Below are positions 31,269-41,945 of a stretch of DNA of 60,814 nt, piece by piece (within the stretch, counting starts at the first letter, position 1; the number at the start of each line of letters is the position of its first letter). The position numbers and the translations under genes are program-made. The stretch is from an uncultured Clostridia bacterium (lineage in GTDB: Bacteria > Bacillota > Clostridia > Oscillospirales > CAG-272), in the NCBI GenBank assembly GCA_944384585.1, contig CALWTY010000006.1:1-60814 (forward strand). Reading direction: 5' to 3'. Under the pieces are notes generated by a model, which was not told the origin of the DNA, made no database searches, and worked only from the letters and a program-made list of their open reading frames with translations.

Positions 31269-33359
31269 ATGGAAGGGAAGGCTTTTTTGCCGGTCAGCCG
31301 GGAGGAGATATCGGAGCGGGGCTGGGATGCGCCGGATTTTATCTATGTCTCGGGGGACGCCTATGTGGATCATCCCTCCTTCGGCCCTGCGATTATCTCC
31401 AGAGTGCTGGAGGACGCCGGCTTCCGTGTGGCAATGCTGGCGCAGCCCGAGTATAAAAGCGCCGATGCCTTCCGTTCGCTGGGGAAGCCGCGGCTCGGCT
31501 TTCTGGTCTCAAGCGGCAACATCGATTCGATGGTGGCGCACTATACCGTCTCCAAAAAAAGACGCAATTACGATTACTATTCCCCCGGCGGCAAGCCCGG
31601 CCAGCGCCCCGACCGTGCGGTGATTGTCTATTGCAACCGCATCCGGGAGGCCTACGGCGACATTCCGATCGTCATCGGGGGACTGGAGGCATCCCTCCGC
31701 CGCTTTGCCCATTACGACTATTGGGACAATAAGGTCAGGAGGAGTATTCTGGTCGACAGCCGCGCCGATCTCCTGTCCTACGGAATGGGGGAGAAGGTGA
31801 TCCTCCGGATCGCGCAGCTTCTGGACAAGGGCGTGCCGATCCGGAAAATCCGTGACGTCCGCGGGACAGTTTATCTGGCGCCCCTTGACGAACCGCTCCA
31901 CTATGAGAGCGTAGGGGACTGGAGCTACGACGATCTCAAGACCGATAAGGCGCTCTATGCCGACGCCTATCGCGTGCAGTATCTCAATCAGGATTCCATC
32001 ACCGGCAAGGCCGTTACCGAGCGATACGACAACAAGCGGCTCGTGCAGAACCCGCCGATGCCGCCCCTTGAGCGGGAGGAGCTGGACAGGGTCTACGCCC
32101 TCCCCTACTGCCGTACCTTCCATCCGGGTTATCAAAAGGACGGCGGCGTCCCCGCAATTGAGGAGGTTCGCTTCTCGATCACCCATAACAGAGGCTGCTT
32201 CGGAGGCTGCAATTTCTGTGCGCTGACCTTTCATCAGGGGCGGAGCGTCCGCTCCAGAAGCATCGAATCCTGCGTGGAGGAGGCGGAAAAGATTGCCGCC
32301 ATGCCGGATTTCAAGGGCTATATCCACGATGTGGGAGGTCCGACCGCCAATTTCCGATACCCGGCCTGCGATAAGCAGCGCGAGCATGGGGTCTGCCTCA
32401 ACCGCCGCTGCCTTGCGCCGCAGCCCTGCCGCAATCTCAAGGTCGATCACAGCGAATATATCCGCCTGCTCGACGCCGTCGCGGCGGTTCCGGGGGTGAA
32501 AAAGGTCTTTATCCGCTCCGGCATCCGCTACGACTATATGCTGGCGGATAAAAGCGACGCCTTTTTCAAAAAGCTGGTGCGGGATCATGTCAGCGGACAA
32601 CTCAAGGTCGCGCCGGAGCATATCTGCGATCCGGTGCTGACGCTGATGGGGAAGCCGCCTGTCGAGCGGTATGAGGAATTCCGCGAACGCTATTTCCGCT
32701 ATTCGGCAGAGTGCGGCAAGGAGCAGTATATCGTGCCGTATCTGATGTCAAGCCACCCGGGAAGCCGTCTTCGGGAGGCGGTGGAGCTGGCGCTCTATCT
32801 CAAGAAAAACGGCATCCGCCCGGAGCAGGTGCAGGATTTCTATCCCACCCCGGGAACGGTCTCGACGGTGATGTATTATACGGGGATCGATCCCTTGACG
32901 GGCAAAAAGGTCTATTGTACCGACGATTATCGGGAGAAGCTGATGCAGCGGGCGCTCCTGCAGTATAACCGCCGGGAAAATGCGCCGCTGATCCGGGAGG
33001 CGCTCCACCGCTGCGGACGGGAGGATCTGATCGGCTTCGGTAAGGACTGTCTGGTCGTGCCGGCGGAAGCGGAAGGCCGGCGCGGGATGCGAAGCGGGGA
33101 CAGAGCGTCCGCGCATGACAAGGCGCGGGGCAGCGCCGCTCGGAAGCGGAGCAATGGCAAGGAAACCGAAAATATCGGAAAAACATTCGGAAAAGCCCGA
33201 AACGGAAGCAATCCCTCCGACGGGAAGCGTGCCGCCGGAAAAGAGGCGGGCAGGAAGCAGAACGCTGCGATCCGCGGGCAGGGAGGCAGAGTCTCCTCCG
33301 CTCCTGCCGCAAAGGGGAATGGAACTGCAGGACGTCCCGGCGGGAAACCGAAACGATAA
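31269..33359 (+). CDS. YgiQ family radical SAM protein
   Basis: [28 protein letters not shown]; low-complexity basic tail. Confidence 0.92.
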   Translation: MEGKAFLPVSREEISERGWDAPDFIYVSGDAYVDHPSFGPAIISRVLEDAGFRVAMLAQPEYKSADAFRSLGKPRLGFLVSSGNIDSMVAHYTVSKKRRNYDYYSPGGKPGQRPDRAVIVYCNRIREAYGDIPIVIGGLEASLRRFAHYDYWDNKVRRSILVDSRADLLSYGMGEKVILRIAQLLDKGVPIRKIRDVRGTVYLAPLDEPLHYESVGDWSYDDLKTDKALYADAYRVQYLNQDSITGKAVTERYDNKRLVQNPPMPPLEREELDRVYALPYCRTFHPGYQKDGGVPAIEEVRFSITHNRGCFGGCNFCALTFHQGRSVRSRSIESCVEEAEKIAAMPDFKGYIHDVGGPTANFRYPACDKQREHGVCLNRRCLAPQPCRNLKVDHSEYIRLLDAVAAVPGVKKVFIRSGIRYDYMLADKSDAFFKKLVRDHVSGQLKVAPEHICDPVLTLMGKPPVERYEEFRERYFRYSAECGKEQYIVPYLMSSHPGSRLREAVELALYLKKNGIRPEQVQDFYPTPGTVSTVMYYTGIDPLTGKKVYCTDDYREKLMQRALLQYNRRENAPLIREALHRCGREDLIGFGKDCLVVPAEAEGRRGMRSGDRASAHDKARGSAARKRSNGKETENIGKTFGKARNGSNPSDGKRAAGKEAGRKQNAAIRGQGGRVSSAPAAKGNGTAGRPGGKPKR

Positions 33360-33377
33360 ATCAAGAGGATAAGAGGA

Positions 33378-34091
33378 ATGGACATGGACGCGAATGATTC
33401 AAAAACAATGCTGAGATTCAGAGAGTCCTTCAGAGGATATAATAAGGACGATGTCAACGCCTATATCGAACAGGCCAATATGAGATTTTCCCGGAAGGAG
33501 TCGGAGCTTCGCGCACAGCTTGCCGAGGTCTGCCGCCGGAATTCCTCGGAAAGCGATCCCAAAACGGCGGAAAAGGAGGCGGCGCTCGGCGCGATGCGCT
33601 CTAAACTGGAGGCGGCAGAAACGGAAAACGCAAGGCTGCGCTCCGAGCTTGAGACGCTGAAGCAGAATGCCGTTTCCGACAGCGAGCGGGAGGAAAAATC
33701 AAGACTCTATGATTCCATGAGCTCCCAGGTCGGGAACATCCTGATCGTCGCCAACAGCAATGCCGATAAAATCATTGCCGACGCACAGGGAGAAGCGGCG
33801 CGGATCAGGGCGGAGGCGGAGCTGGAAGCCGAAAAGATCCGGCTGACGGCAGAGGAAAGAATGAATGCCATGCTTCTGAAGATGGACGAGAAATTGAGAG
33901 CCGTCTCCGATTCCTACCTCAGCGGCTGTTCTCTTCTGATCGCGGAGGCGCAGAGTAAGTTTTCCGATATCACCGAGACGATGAAAAAGCGCTCCGACCA
34001 GCTCAGAATCGACGCCGATCAGGTCGGCCGGGACATCGAGCGGCAGATCGCGGAGGGCTACTGCCGCCCGGAAGCGGCAAATGAAGGCTGA
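33378..34091 (+). CDS. DivIVA-domain coiled-coil protein
   Basis: FRGYNKDDVNAYI followed by a coiled coil. Confidence 0.75.
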   Translation: MDMDANDSKTMLRFRESFRGYNKDDVNAYIEQANMRFSRKESELRAQLAEVCRRNSSESDPKTAEKEAALGAMRSKLEAAETENARLRSELETLKQNAVSDSEREEKSRLYDSMSSQVGNILIVANSNADKIIADAQGEAARIRAEAELEAEKIRLTAEERMNAMLLKMDEKLRAVSDSYLSGCSLLIAEAQSKFSDITETMKKRSDQLRIDADQVGRDIERQIAEGYCRPEAANEG

Positions 34092-34998
34092 TATGAGCTA
34101 TTCCGAATTGGGAAAAAAGCTGCGGACGGCCAGAATCGAGCAGGGGATGACGCAGAGCGAGCTTTGCGGCGATTTCCTGACCCGCAATATGCTCAGCCGC
34201 ATTGAAAACGGGAGCGCGTCCCCCTCGATCCCGACGCTCTGTTATCTGGCGGATCGGCTCGGCCTCCCTGCCGGCTATTTCCTTGATGACAGGGATAACG
34301 GCGATACGCTGCAGAACAGAAGGCTGAAGCAGATGATCAAGGAGGAGTATGCCGCAGGGAATTACGCCCTTTGCCTGGACTACTGCCGGGGACTTCGGGA
34401 GGCGGACGACGAGCTGGCGCTGATCACCCTGGTCTGCTCCTACCATTGCGGGAAGGAAGCGATGACGGACGGGCAGCTCAGGCGAGCGGCGGAATTCTTC
34501 GACCGCGTGATTGCCGTCCCGGTCGATGCGGCGCAGGCCTTCCCCGGGCTGAAAAAGGAAGCGGAGGTCTACCGCCGATATATCCGGGCGTTTCTGACGC
34601 AATATGAATCGGGGCAGGAGGAGGAAGCGCTTTTTTCGGTGCTTGGACTGCCCGATTGCGGCGCGGACCTCGCGGCAATCGCGCGGATTGTGTCCCTGCT
34701 TCGCAGAACGGGGCTGAAAAACGCCGAGGCGTTGGCGGAAATCACGGTCTTTTCCGAGAAGCAGAACCGATTCTTCACCGAGTCGCTGCTTGCATTCGAG
34801 GAGGGCAATTATTTTGCCGCCAAAGCCCGTCTGATCGAGACGGTGAGCTATCCGTTGATCCCGATGCTGACCTGCTGGGCGATGACCCTGCTTGAAAAAT
34901 GCTGCGCATCGCTCAAGGACTATGAAAACGCATACGCCTATTCCGTAAGACGCAGGGAAATGATCGATCGGCTTCTGCTCAGGCAGCGATCGACCTGA
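34081..34998 (+). CDS. XRE-family HTH regulator with helical (TPR-like) C-terminus
   Basis: GKKLRTAR..GMTQSEL...LSRIENG. Confidence 0.8.
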   Translation: MKADMSYSELGKKLRTARIEQGMTQSELCGDFLTRNMLSRIENGSASPSIPTLCYLADRLGLPAGYFLDDRDNGDTLQNRRLKQMIKEEYAAGNYALCLDYCRGLREADDELALITLVCSYHCGKEAMTDGQLRRAAEFFDRVIAVPVDAAQAFPGLKKEAEVYRRYIRAFLTQYESGQEEEALFSVLGLPDCGADLAAIARIVSLLRRTGLKNAEALAEITVFSEKQNRFFTESLLAFEEGNYFAAKARLIETVSYPLIPMLTCWAMTLLEKCCASLKDYENAYAYSVRRREMIDRLLLRQRST

Positions 34999-35027
34999 TC
35001 CTCCGCCGGACGGTCGGCGTCCCGATA

Positions 35028-35054
35028 AAGGCAGTCGGAGGGCTGTCTTTTTTT
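35028..35054 (+). terminator. Intrinsic terminator
   Basis: AGGCAGTC-GGAG-GGCTGTCT followed by a T-run. Confidence 0.55.
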
Positions 35055-35084
35055 CGGCTTCCGAGGGGAAAATTCCTCCGGCGA

Positions 35085-35113
35085 TTGATTTTCCGACGGG
35101 TAAATGGTATAAT
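35085..35113 (+). promoter_or_regulatory. sigmaA promoter of the topoisomerase gene
   Basis: TTGATT-N17-TATAAT, extended -10. Confidence 0.7.
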
Positions 35114-35142
35114 GATGATATTACGAGGATGGGAAGAAAAGC

Positions 35143-37353
35143 ATGATACTGATTATTGCGGAAAAACCGAGTCTGGCGAGAAACATCACGGCGGGGATCG
35201 GGAAGATGAAGCAGAATAATGGCTATTTCGAGGGCTGCGGCTATATCGTAAGCTGGGCGTTCGGTCATCTGTTTTCCCTGGCCGACATCGAGGCGTATCA
35301 GCCGAATCCCGAAGGCGTCGGATTCTGGACGATGGATAATATCCCCTGCTTCCCCGAAAAATTCCGCTTCGAGCTTCGCAAGGACTCGGGAAGGAAGGGA
35401 GACGACGGGGTTCTGCGACAGTTTCGGATCCTGGAATCGCTTTGCAACCGTGCGGATGTTGATACCGTCGTCAACGCGGGAGACGCCGATCGGGAGGGGG
35501 AGATCATCGTCCGCCTCTGCATCGAAAAGGCGCTCCGCACAGAGAAGCGCAGGCTCCGCCTCTGGCTGCCCGATCAGACTCCCGAAACGGTGGCGGCCGC
35601 TCTTTCCTCGATGAAATCCGAGACGGAATACGAGAATCTTGCGAACGAGGGCTTCGCCAGAACCTATATCGACTGGCTCTACGGGGTGAATCTCACCCGC
35701 TATGCGACGCTCCGGACCGGCACGCTGCTCCGCGTCGGGAGGGTCATCGTTCCGATTGTCAAGGCGATCTACGATCGCGACATGGCGATCCGGAATTTCA
35801 AGCCCGATCTCTACTATGCGTTGGTCAGCCGGGAAAAAACCGGGGGAGAGACGGTGGAGCTGCAGAGCAAGCAGAAGTTCGATCGGAATCAGAAGCAGAA
35901 GGCGCAGGCGCTCTGCGATGCCTACAATGAGGCGGGGGCGGTTGTCACCTCCGTCAAGCAGAAGAAGGATACCATGGCGGCGGGGAAGCTCTATTCCCTC
36001 TCGAAGCTCCAGAATGTGCTGGGCAAGAAATATAAGATGTCGATGGCGGAGAGCCTGGAGATCGTTCAGAAGCTCTATGAGGAGGGCTATCTCACCTATC
36101 CGAGAACCAACTCGGAATATCTGGCGACGGCAGAAAAGGATAAAATCCGAAAGATCATCGAAAACGCCAAAAACCTCGGCTATCCCCTGACCTTCAAGGA
36201 TTCCAAGACCATCTTTGACGACAGTAAGATCGAATCGCATTCCGCCCTTACCCCGACCTATCGCATTCCCGATAAAAACCGCCTCACCGAACGGGAAATG
36301 CAGGTCTATTCTACGGTATTCCGGCGCTTTGCCGCCGTGTTCTGCGCCGAGGATTGCCTCGTCAACCGTACCGAGATCCGTATCAGAGTGGGGGAGTATG
36401 AGGAATTCACGCTGAAGGGAACCGTCATGCTCGAAAAGGGCTGGACGAAATACGATGATTTCAATCAGAAGGACAAGCTGCTTCCGCCGCTCAGAAAGGG
36501 GGATCGGGTGGAGATCCGCTTTGTGCCCACCGAAAAGGAGACCTCCCCGCCGAAGCATTATACCATCGAGACGCTGAATAACTACCTGAAGAATCCCTTC
36601 AGATCCGACAAGGCGCAGGCGGAGGAAAACGGCGGGGACGAGGAGGAGTATCGGGCGATCTTCGAAGGGCTGGAGCTTGGAACGGAGGCGACCAGGACCG
36701 GCATCATCGACAATGCCCGCAAGAGCGAGTACATCCGCCTGAACAAAGATGTCTACACCATCCTGCCCGGCGGCATTTATCTGATCGAATCGCTGGCGAG
36801 GCTGAATATCAGCATGGATAAATACAAGACATCGCAGCTCGGACAGGCGCTGAAGAAGGTGTTCCGCGGTGAGATCCGGGTGGAGGACAGCGTGGCGCTG
36901 GCGCGGGCGGAGATCGAGGCGGTTTTTCAGGGACAGACGGCCTCCCCGGAGGCCGATACCGATATCGGCTTTTTCAAGGAGGAGGTCGGGCTTTGCCCGC
37001 TTTGCGGAAGTCGGGTGATCCGCTCGAAATTCGGATATTCCTGCACCGGCTATCGGGAGAAGGGCTGCCGCTTCTCGGTGAATCTCTCGATCTGCGGCAG
37101 GACGATCCCGATCGCGGCGGTCAGACGGCTGCTGTCAGAGGGAACCACCGGCAAGCTCAACGGCTTTATCTCGAAAAACGGGAAGAGCTTTGATGCGGCG
37201 CTCCGCCTTGAGAACGGACGGGCGGTCTTTGATTTCCCCGACCGCCCAACATCGGCAGAACGGCTTGTCCCGCCCGTTCCGCCCGACAAATTCCGCCCCG
37301 ATGAGGGGCCCGCCGCGGCGGGAAAAGCATTTGACAAAGCCTTCGTCAAATGA
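35143..37353 (+). CDS. topB: Type IA DNA topoisomerase (Topo III-like)
   Basis: IAEKPS, DADREGE, LTYPRT, LGTEATR, C-terminal Zn ribbon and repeat. Confidence 0.85.
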   Translation: MILIIAEKPSLARNITAGIGKMKQNNGYFEGCGYIVSWAFGHLFSLADIEAYQPNPEGVGFWTMDNIPCFPEKFRFELRKDSGRKGDDGVLRQFRILESLCNRADVDTVVNAGDADREGEIIVRLCIEKALRTEKRRLRLWLPDQTPETVAAALSSMKSETEYENLANEGFARTYIDWLYGVNLTRYATLRTGTLLRVGRVIVPIVKAIYDRDMAIRNFKPDLYYALVSREKTGGETVELQSKQKFDRNQKQKAQALCDAYNEAGAVVTSVKQKKDTMAAGKLYSLSKLQNVLGKKYKMSMAESLEIVQKLYEEGYLTYPRTNSEYLATAEKDKIRKIIENAKNLGYPLTFKDSKTIFDDSKIESHSALTPTYRIPDKNRLTEREMQVYSTVFRRFAAVFCAEDCLVNRTEIRIRVGEYEEFTLKGTVMLEKGWTKYDDFNQKDKLLPPLRKGDRVEIRFVPTEKETSPPKHYTIETLNNYLKNPFRSDKAQAEENGGDEEEYRAIFEGLELGTEATRTGIIDNARKSEYIRLNKDVYTILPGGIYLIESLARLNISMDKYKTSQLGQALKKVFRGEIRVEDSVALARAEIEAVFQGQTASPEADTDIGFFKEEVGLCPLCGSRVIRSKFGYSCTGYREKGCRFSVNLSICGRTIPIAAVRRLLSEGTTGKLNGFISKNGKSFDAALRLENGRAVFDFPDRPTSAERLVPPVPPDKFRPDEGPAAAGKAFDKAFVK

Positions 37354-37359
37354 TATAAT
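37328..37359 (+). promoter_or_regulatory. Consensus sigmaA promoter for dusB with an overlapping inverted repeat
   Basis: TTGACA(37331)-N17-TATAAT; CATTTGAC-N9-GTCAAATG. Confidence 0.8.
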
Positions 37360-37448
37360 GGTATCAATCAAACCGCCGAAGCGGCAAAGGATCATTTGCG
37401 CCGCCGAAGCGCTTGTCATCCCGCGTGCGGGGAAGGAAAGAGGATATT

Positions 37449-38435
37449 TTGGGCTTCAGACTGGGAAATACCGAATTCAGATACGGCTTGCTGCTTGCGC
37501 CGATGGCGGGAGTCAGCGACAGAGCATTCCGTCAGACCTGCGTCGATTGCGGCGCGGAATATACCGTTACCGAAATGGTTTCAGCGAAGGCACTCTGTTA
37601 TCGGGACGCAGGGTCGGAACGTCTGGCAGCCCTGTCGGAGGGAGAGCTGCCCTGCGCCGTTCAGATTTTCGGACATGAGCCGGAGATCATGGCGGAGGCT
37701 GTGCAGCGCATCTGTCGGGAGATCGATCCCGGCGCGTCGATGCCGACGGCGATCGATCTCAATATGGGATGTCCCGTCAGAAAGATCGTGTCGAACGGGG
37801 AAGGCTCTGCCTTGATGAAGAACCCCGCGCTGGCGGGGGAGATCATCCGGGCCGTCTGCGCGGTCAGTCCGATCCCGGTGACGGTCAAAATCCGGACGGG
37901 CTGGAACGACAGCTCCAGGAATGCGGTGGCCTTGGCCGGGATTGCGGAGGAGAACGGCGCTGCGATGATCTGCGTTCACGGGAGGACGCGGGAAGAGATG
38001 TACGCCCCGCCGGTCGATCCCGAAACCATCGCCGCCGTCAAGCGTGCGGTGTCGATCCCGGTGGTGGCAAACGGCGGGATCTTCAGCGCGGACGATGCAT
38101 TGAGGATGCTGGAGCAGACGAACTGCGACGGGCTGATGATCGCACGGGGCGCAATGGGGAATCCATGGCTCTTCGGACAGATCCGTGCGGCGCTCGACGG
38201 CCGCTCTTTTGAACTTCCCCCGCTTGAAAAACGACTTGAGACCGCAATGAGACAGGTGGAGCGCATGATTCTGGACAAGGGGGAGCGGGTCGCGCTGCCG
38301 GAGGCGCGCCGACAGCTATCATATTACATCAAAGGGGAGCGGGGCTCCGCCGAAACCAGGGACCGTCTCAATCGTTCCCTCACCATGGAGGAATTCCGAA
38401 GCATCGTTGCGGATTTCCTGCGACGGGGAGAATAG
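37449..38435 (+). CDS. dusB: tRNA-dihydrouridine synthase
   Basis: LAPMAGVSD, IDLNMGCP, VHGRT, ANGGI; TTG start inferred. Confidence 0.9.
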   Translation: MGFRLGNTEFRYGLLLAPMAGVSDRAFRQTCVDCGAEYTVTEMVSAKALCYRDAGSERLAALSEGELPCAVQIFGHEPEIMAEAVQRICREIDPGASMPTAIDLNMGCPVRKIVSNGEGSALMKNPALAGEIIRAVCAVSPIPVTVKIRTGWNDSSRNAVALAGIAEENGAAMICVHGRTREEMYAPPVDPETIAAVKRAVSIPVVANGGIFSADDALRMLEQTNCDGLMIARGAMGNPWLFGQIRAALDGRSFELPPLEKRLETAMRQVERMILDKGERVALPEARRQLSYYIKGERGSAETRDRLNRSLTMEEFRSIVADFLRRGE

Positions 38436-38464
38436 GGGGCGGATTTTAGGAAAGGGGGATCGGG

Positions 38465-39034
38465 ATGTACGATAATCTTCCGGATGACGTGATTCGGAGC
38501 GCTGCCGCCGGAAATCCGTCGGCCATGAACGAGATCGTTTCCTTCTATGAAAGATTTGTGTATCAGATCGCCTATTCCGCTCTCCTTGATCGCGAAGACG
38601 CCCTGGATGTGACGCAGGAGGTCTTCCTCAAAATTTTTCGCTTTATCGGGCGCTTCCATTTTGAATGCGCCTTCTCGACTTGGGTCTATACGATTACGAA
38701 GAATACCGTTTCGGATTTTTTCCGCTCCCGGAAGCGTCACGGCAGCGTCAGTCTGAATGAAGCGGAGGCGGCCGGGGAGGGCTGGGGAGCGGCGGAGAGA
38801 ACCGGTGATGTCGACGAAAGGATCATCGAAAAGGAGCGGAAGCGGCAGCTCTACAGGGCAATCGGACAGCTGTCGGAGCATCACCGGGAGGTCATCGTGC
38901 TGTATCACTTCGGCGGGATGTCCTATGATCAGATCGCGGAGCTGCTGGGGGTGCAGCCCGGCACCGTCAAGAGCCGGCTCCATCGTGCGAAGGCCGAGCT
39001 GAAAAAAATCCTGACCGAACGGAACTTTTTATAA
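38465..39034 (+). CDS. ECF RNA polymerase sigma factor
   Basis: DVTQEVF, FSTWVY, SYDQIAELLG..GTVKSRLHRA. Confidence 0.93.
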   Translation: MYDNLPDDVIRSAAAGNPSAMNEIVSFYERFVYQIAYSALLDREDALDVTQEVFLKIFRFIGRFHFECAFSTWVYTITKNTVSDFFRSRKRHGSVSLNEAEAAGEGWGAAERTGDVDERIIEKERKRQLYRAIGQLSEHHREVIVLYHFGGMSYDQIAELLGVQPGTVKSRLHRAKAELKKILTERNFL

Positions 39035-39048
39035 AAGAGATCGTCAAA
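39021..39048 (+). promoter_or_regulatory. ECF-type promoter overlapping the 3' end of the sigma gene
   Basis: GGAACTT-N16-TCAAA. Confidence 0.7.
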
Positions 39049-39083
39049 CGGGATGGTCAAAATAAAGGAAAGGAGGCAAGCAG

Positions 39084-39944
39084 ATGCAGGAAAAAAATCG
39101 GAAGCCGAAGGAAGTCCCGACGGAAGAGAGTCCATGTCGGACAGGGGAGAAGCCCTGCGCCGAGGCCTCGGAGCGCCCCTCCTCCACCCAACCGACCGAT
39201 GCGTATTCCTCCCTTCCTCCTCAAGAGGGGCAGTGCGTCGGACCGGAGGCAGCTTCCGGGGAATCCGACGGCTTTACCGCCCTTGACGCGCTTTTGCGCG
39301 AAGCCGCCCCCGAAGTGCCGCGCGGGCTGCACGATCGGGTGATGCGGACGATCCGACGGGACCGTCGGCGGAGGGGAGTTCTTCGCGTCATGAAGAGCGG
39401 ATTTCCCGCTGCGGTCATCGTCCTTGTGCTGCTTCTGGCGGTCTATCCGCGCCTTGCCGTCTCGACTCCGCCGATCGACGAAGACGGAAAAACAGAGGCA
39501 TGGGAAAACCAGATGCCCGACGCTCCCTCCGATCAGATTGACGCTGCCGAGGAGGACAAGATCGCGCTCGAAGCGTTCTTCGACTCGCGCGGCTTTCTTC
39601 TCGGAAGCAGACTTCCCTCCGGCAGCGGGGACAGCGGCGTTCCTTCAGGCTCTGCGACAGCGCCCTTCGAGGAAACTCCTGCGCCGGACGCCGCCGCTCC
39701 TCTGCCCGACAAAAACGATCCGCCGGCCGGGGACAGCCTGCCTGCCGAGGATTCTGTCCGTATCGGGGATATCAGGGAATTTCTTGTGGCAGACCGGCTT
39801 CCGCCGCATCTCGGTGAGCCGTGCGTTGTCTATTTCCATCAGGGATTTTATCTTTGCCTGTTCGATGCCGAGGACGTCGTGCTGCCCAATGGTACGGCGA
39901 GAAACGAGGAGGGAATCTATTCCCTTGTCATCATAATGCCATAA
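39084..39944 (+). CDS. Putative single-pass anti-sigma factor
   Basis: Follows the ECF gene; PEVPRGLHDRVM, Arg cluster, one TM helix. Confidence 0.6.
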   Translation: MQEKNRKPKEVPTEESPCRTGEKPCAEASERPSSTQPTDAYSSLPPQEGQCVGPEAASGESDGFTALDALLREAAPEVPRGLHDRVMRTIRRDRRRRGVLRVMKSGFPAAVIVLVLLLAVYPRLAVSTPPIDEDGKTEAWENQMPDAPSDQIDAAEEDKIALEAFFDSRGFLLGSRLPSGSGDSGVPSGSATAPFEETPAPDAAAPLPDKNDPPAGDSLPAEDSVRIGDIREFLVADRLPPHLGEPCVVYFHQGFYLCLFDAEDVVLPNGTARNEEGIYSLVIIMP

Positions 39945-39972
39945 CCGGCGGGGAGCATCCCCCTGCCCGTTA

Positions 39973-40011
39973 AAAAGCAAGGCATAACCGTGACGGTTAT
40001 GCCTTGCTTTT
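39973..40011. terminator. Bidirectional terminator between convergent genes
   Basis: AAAAGCAAGGCATAACCG-TGA-CGGTTATGCCTTGCTTTT. Confidence 0.85.
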
Positions 40012-40013
40012 GT

Positions 40014-41915
40014 TTACAGCCCCTCGGCAGCATCAAGCGCTTCATAGAGGGAAAGCAGCTGCTCCTCCAGGCGGGTCAGCTCTTGCTCCAGCGCGGCGAG
40101 ACGGACGTGATCGTAGGGGTCGGCGTTTTGCATCTCGTCGTTTATCTCCGTGATGCGGCGTTCTGTCGCTTCGACATCGGATTTCAGGGCTTTGAGCCGC
40201 CGCTCCGAGCGGCGCTGCTCGGCGGATTCCCGCTTTGCGGCGAGATACTGCTCCTTGGAAGCGGTGACGACCGTCTCCTTTTTCTCCGGCTCGGCAGGGA
40301 GCAGGTATTTTTTCTTGTAGTCAAGGAATTCCCGATAGCTTCCCTCAAAGGCGAACAGCTCCCCCTCCCGCTCCGTTCCGAATTCGAGAATGCGGGTCGC
40401 CAGCTTATTGATGAAGTAGCGGTCGTGCGAGACGGCGATCAGCGTGCCGCCGAACTGCATCAGCGCCTCCTCCAGCACCTCCCGTGAATGAATGTCGAGA
40501 TGATTGGTCGGCTCGTCGAGGATCAGTAGGTTCATGCGGGAGAGCATCAGCCGCGCCAGCGTCAGCCGCGCTTTTTCGCCTCCGCTCAGGACTGCGACCT
40601 TCTTATATATATCGTCTCCCTTGAAGAGGAAAAGGGCGAGGGTGCTTCTGACCGCTGTCTCGGTCATGGCCGGATAGGCGTTCCACAGCTCGTCGAGAAC
40701 GGTGTTTGACGGATGGAGATCCTGATTTTCCTGATCATAGTAGCCGAGTCTGACATTGTAGCCCCTCGCGGCGAAGCCCTTGTCGGCATGGAGCCGTCCC
40801 GCGAGGATCTTGATCAGCGTCGACTTGCCGCAGCCGTTCGGACCGCAGATGAAGAGGCGATCGTGCTTTTTGACCTCGAAGGAGAGGGAATGGAAGAGAG
40901 GACGGGAGGGATAGCTTTTGGCGAGGCCGCTGACGGTCATCACGTCGTTACCGCTTTCCTCGGCCTTTGCGAAGCTCATGCGGATCTTATCGGGCAGCGC
41001 CTCCGGCCGTTCGACGCGCTCCATCTTGTCAAGGAGCTTCTGACGGCTTTCGGCGGCGATGATGTTACGTTCGCGGTTCCAGCGGCGCTGCTGCTCGATA
41101 TAGGCCTCGATCCGCTTGATCTCCTTCTGCTGGTTGTTGTAGTGCCGTTCCATGATATCGCGGTCGATCGCCTTCTGCCGGACATAGGCGGTATAGTTTC
41201 CGTCAAAGAGGCGGGATTTGCCGTTCTCGATCTCCAGGATCCTGTCGGTCACGGAATCGAGAAAATAGCGGTCGTGGGAGATGACGAGGACGGTCTTCCG
41301 ACTCGCCTTGAGATAGCCCTCCAGCCAGAACAGCGCGTCGGTGTCGAGATGATTGGTCGGCTCGTCGAGGAGGATGACGTCGGGATCGCGGAGCAGCAGA
41401 CAGGCCAGCGACAGACGGGTCTTCTGCCCCCCGCTGAGGGAGGAGACCGGCTTGTCCCAGAGAGCCTCCGGCAGATTGAGGCTTTTCAGAATGCCTTTGG
41501 CGCGTCCGCGGAATTCATAGCCCCCTGCGGCGGTGAAGCGCTCCTGACAGGCAGAGAAGCGCCGCGCGTCCTCCTCGCTTCCGCTCCGCTCGGAGAGCCG
41601 CCGGAGGGCTTCCAGCTCCTGCTCCATGGCAAGAAGATCGGAGAAGGTATGAAAGGCCTCCTCCAGAATCGAGCCGGAGGCTTCGTATTCCGGATTTTGC
41701 TCCAGAATGCCGATGCTTTTGTTTTTGGCGATGAAAATCTCACCGGAGGAAGGGGAATACTTCCCGGTGATCATCGCGAAGAGAGAGGATTTTCCCGCGC
41801 CGTTGACGCCGATAATTCCCAGCTTATCTCCCTCGTTGAGAGAAAAAGAGACCTTTTCGAGAATGGTGTCTGCGCCGAAGGAAAGGCTTACGTTTTCACA
41901 GTTGACTGCAATCAT
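40014..41915 (-). CDS. ABC-F family ATPase
   Basis: Two NBDs (GVNGAGKS, GPNGCGKS, LSGG, DEPTNHLD), no TM domain. Confidence 0.93.
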   Translation of the reverse strand: MIAVNCENVSLSFGADTILEKVSFSLNEGDKLGIIGVNGAGKSSLFAMITGKYSPSSGEIFIAKNKSIGILEQNPEYEASGSILEEAFHTFSDLLAMEQELEALRRLSERSGSEEDARRFSACQERFTAAGGYEFRGRAKGILKSLNLPEALWDKPVSSLSGGQKTRLSLACLLLRDPDVILLDEPTNHLDTDALFWLEGYLKASRKTVLVISHDRYFLDSVTDRILEIENGKSRLFDGNYTAYVRQKAIDRDIMERHYNNQQKEIKRIEAYIEQQRRWNRERNIIAAESRQKLLDKMERVERPEALPDKIRMSFAKAEESGNDVMTVSGLAKSYPSRPLFHSLSFEVKKHDRLFICGPNGCGKSTLIKILAGRLHADKGFAARGYNVRLGYYDQENQDLHPSNTVLDELWNAYPAMTETAVRSTLALFLFKGDDIYKKVAVLSGGEKARLTLARLMLSRMNLLILDEPTNHLDIHSREVLEEALMQFGGTLIAVSHDRYFINKLATRILEFGTEREGELFAFEGSYREFLDYKKKYLLPAEPEKKETVVTASKEQYLAAKRESAEQRRSERRLKALKSDVEATERRITEINDEMQNADPYDHVRLAALEQELTRLEEQLLSLYEALDAAEGL

Positions 41916-41945
41916 GATAGCGAAGATCCGTTTCGGTGAGAGGTT

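Noticed and set aside
28315-36558. Long antisense ORFs (777 aa and 851 aa, and many similar ones elsewhere)
   Set aside because: Shadows of real genes in high-GC DNA; no recognisable motifs
35143-37353. topB (and radC at 55162) as evidence of a conjugative element
   Set aside because: Host-like composition, housekeeping neighbours and no transfer genes
40014-41915. ABC-F as an antibiotic resistance gene
   Set aside because: Housekeeping context; no feature identifies an ARE subfamily by eye
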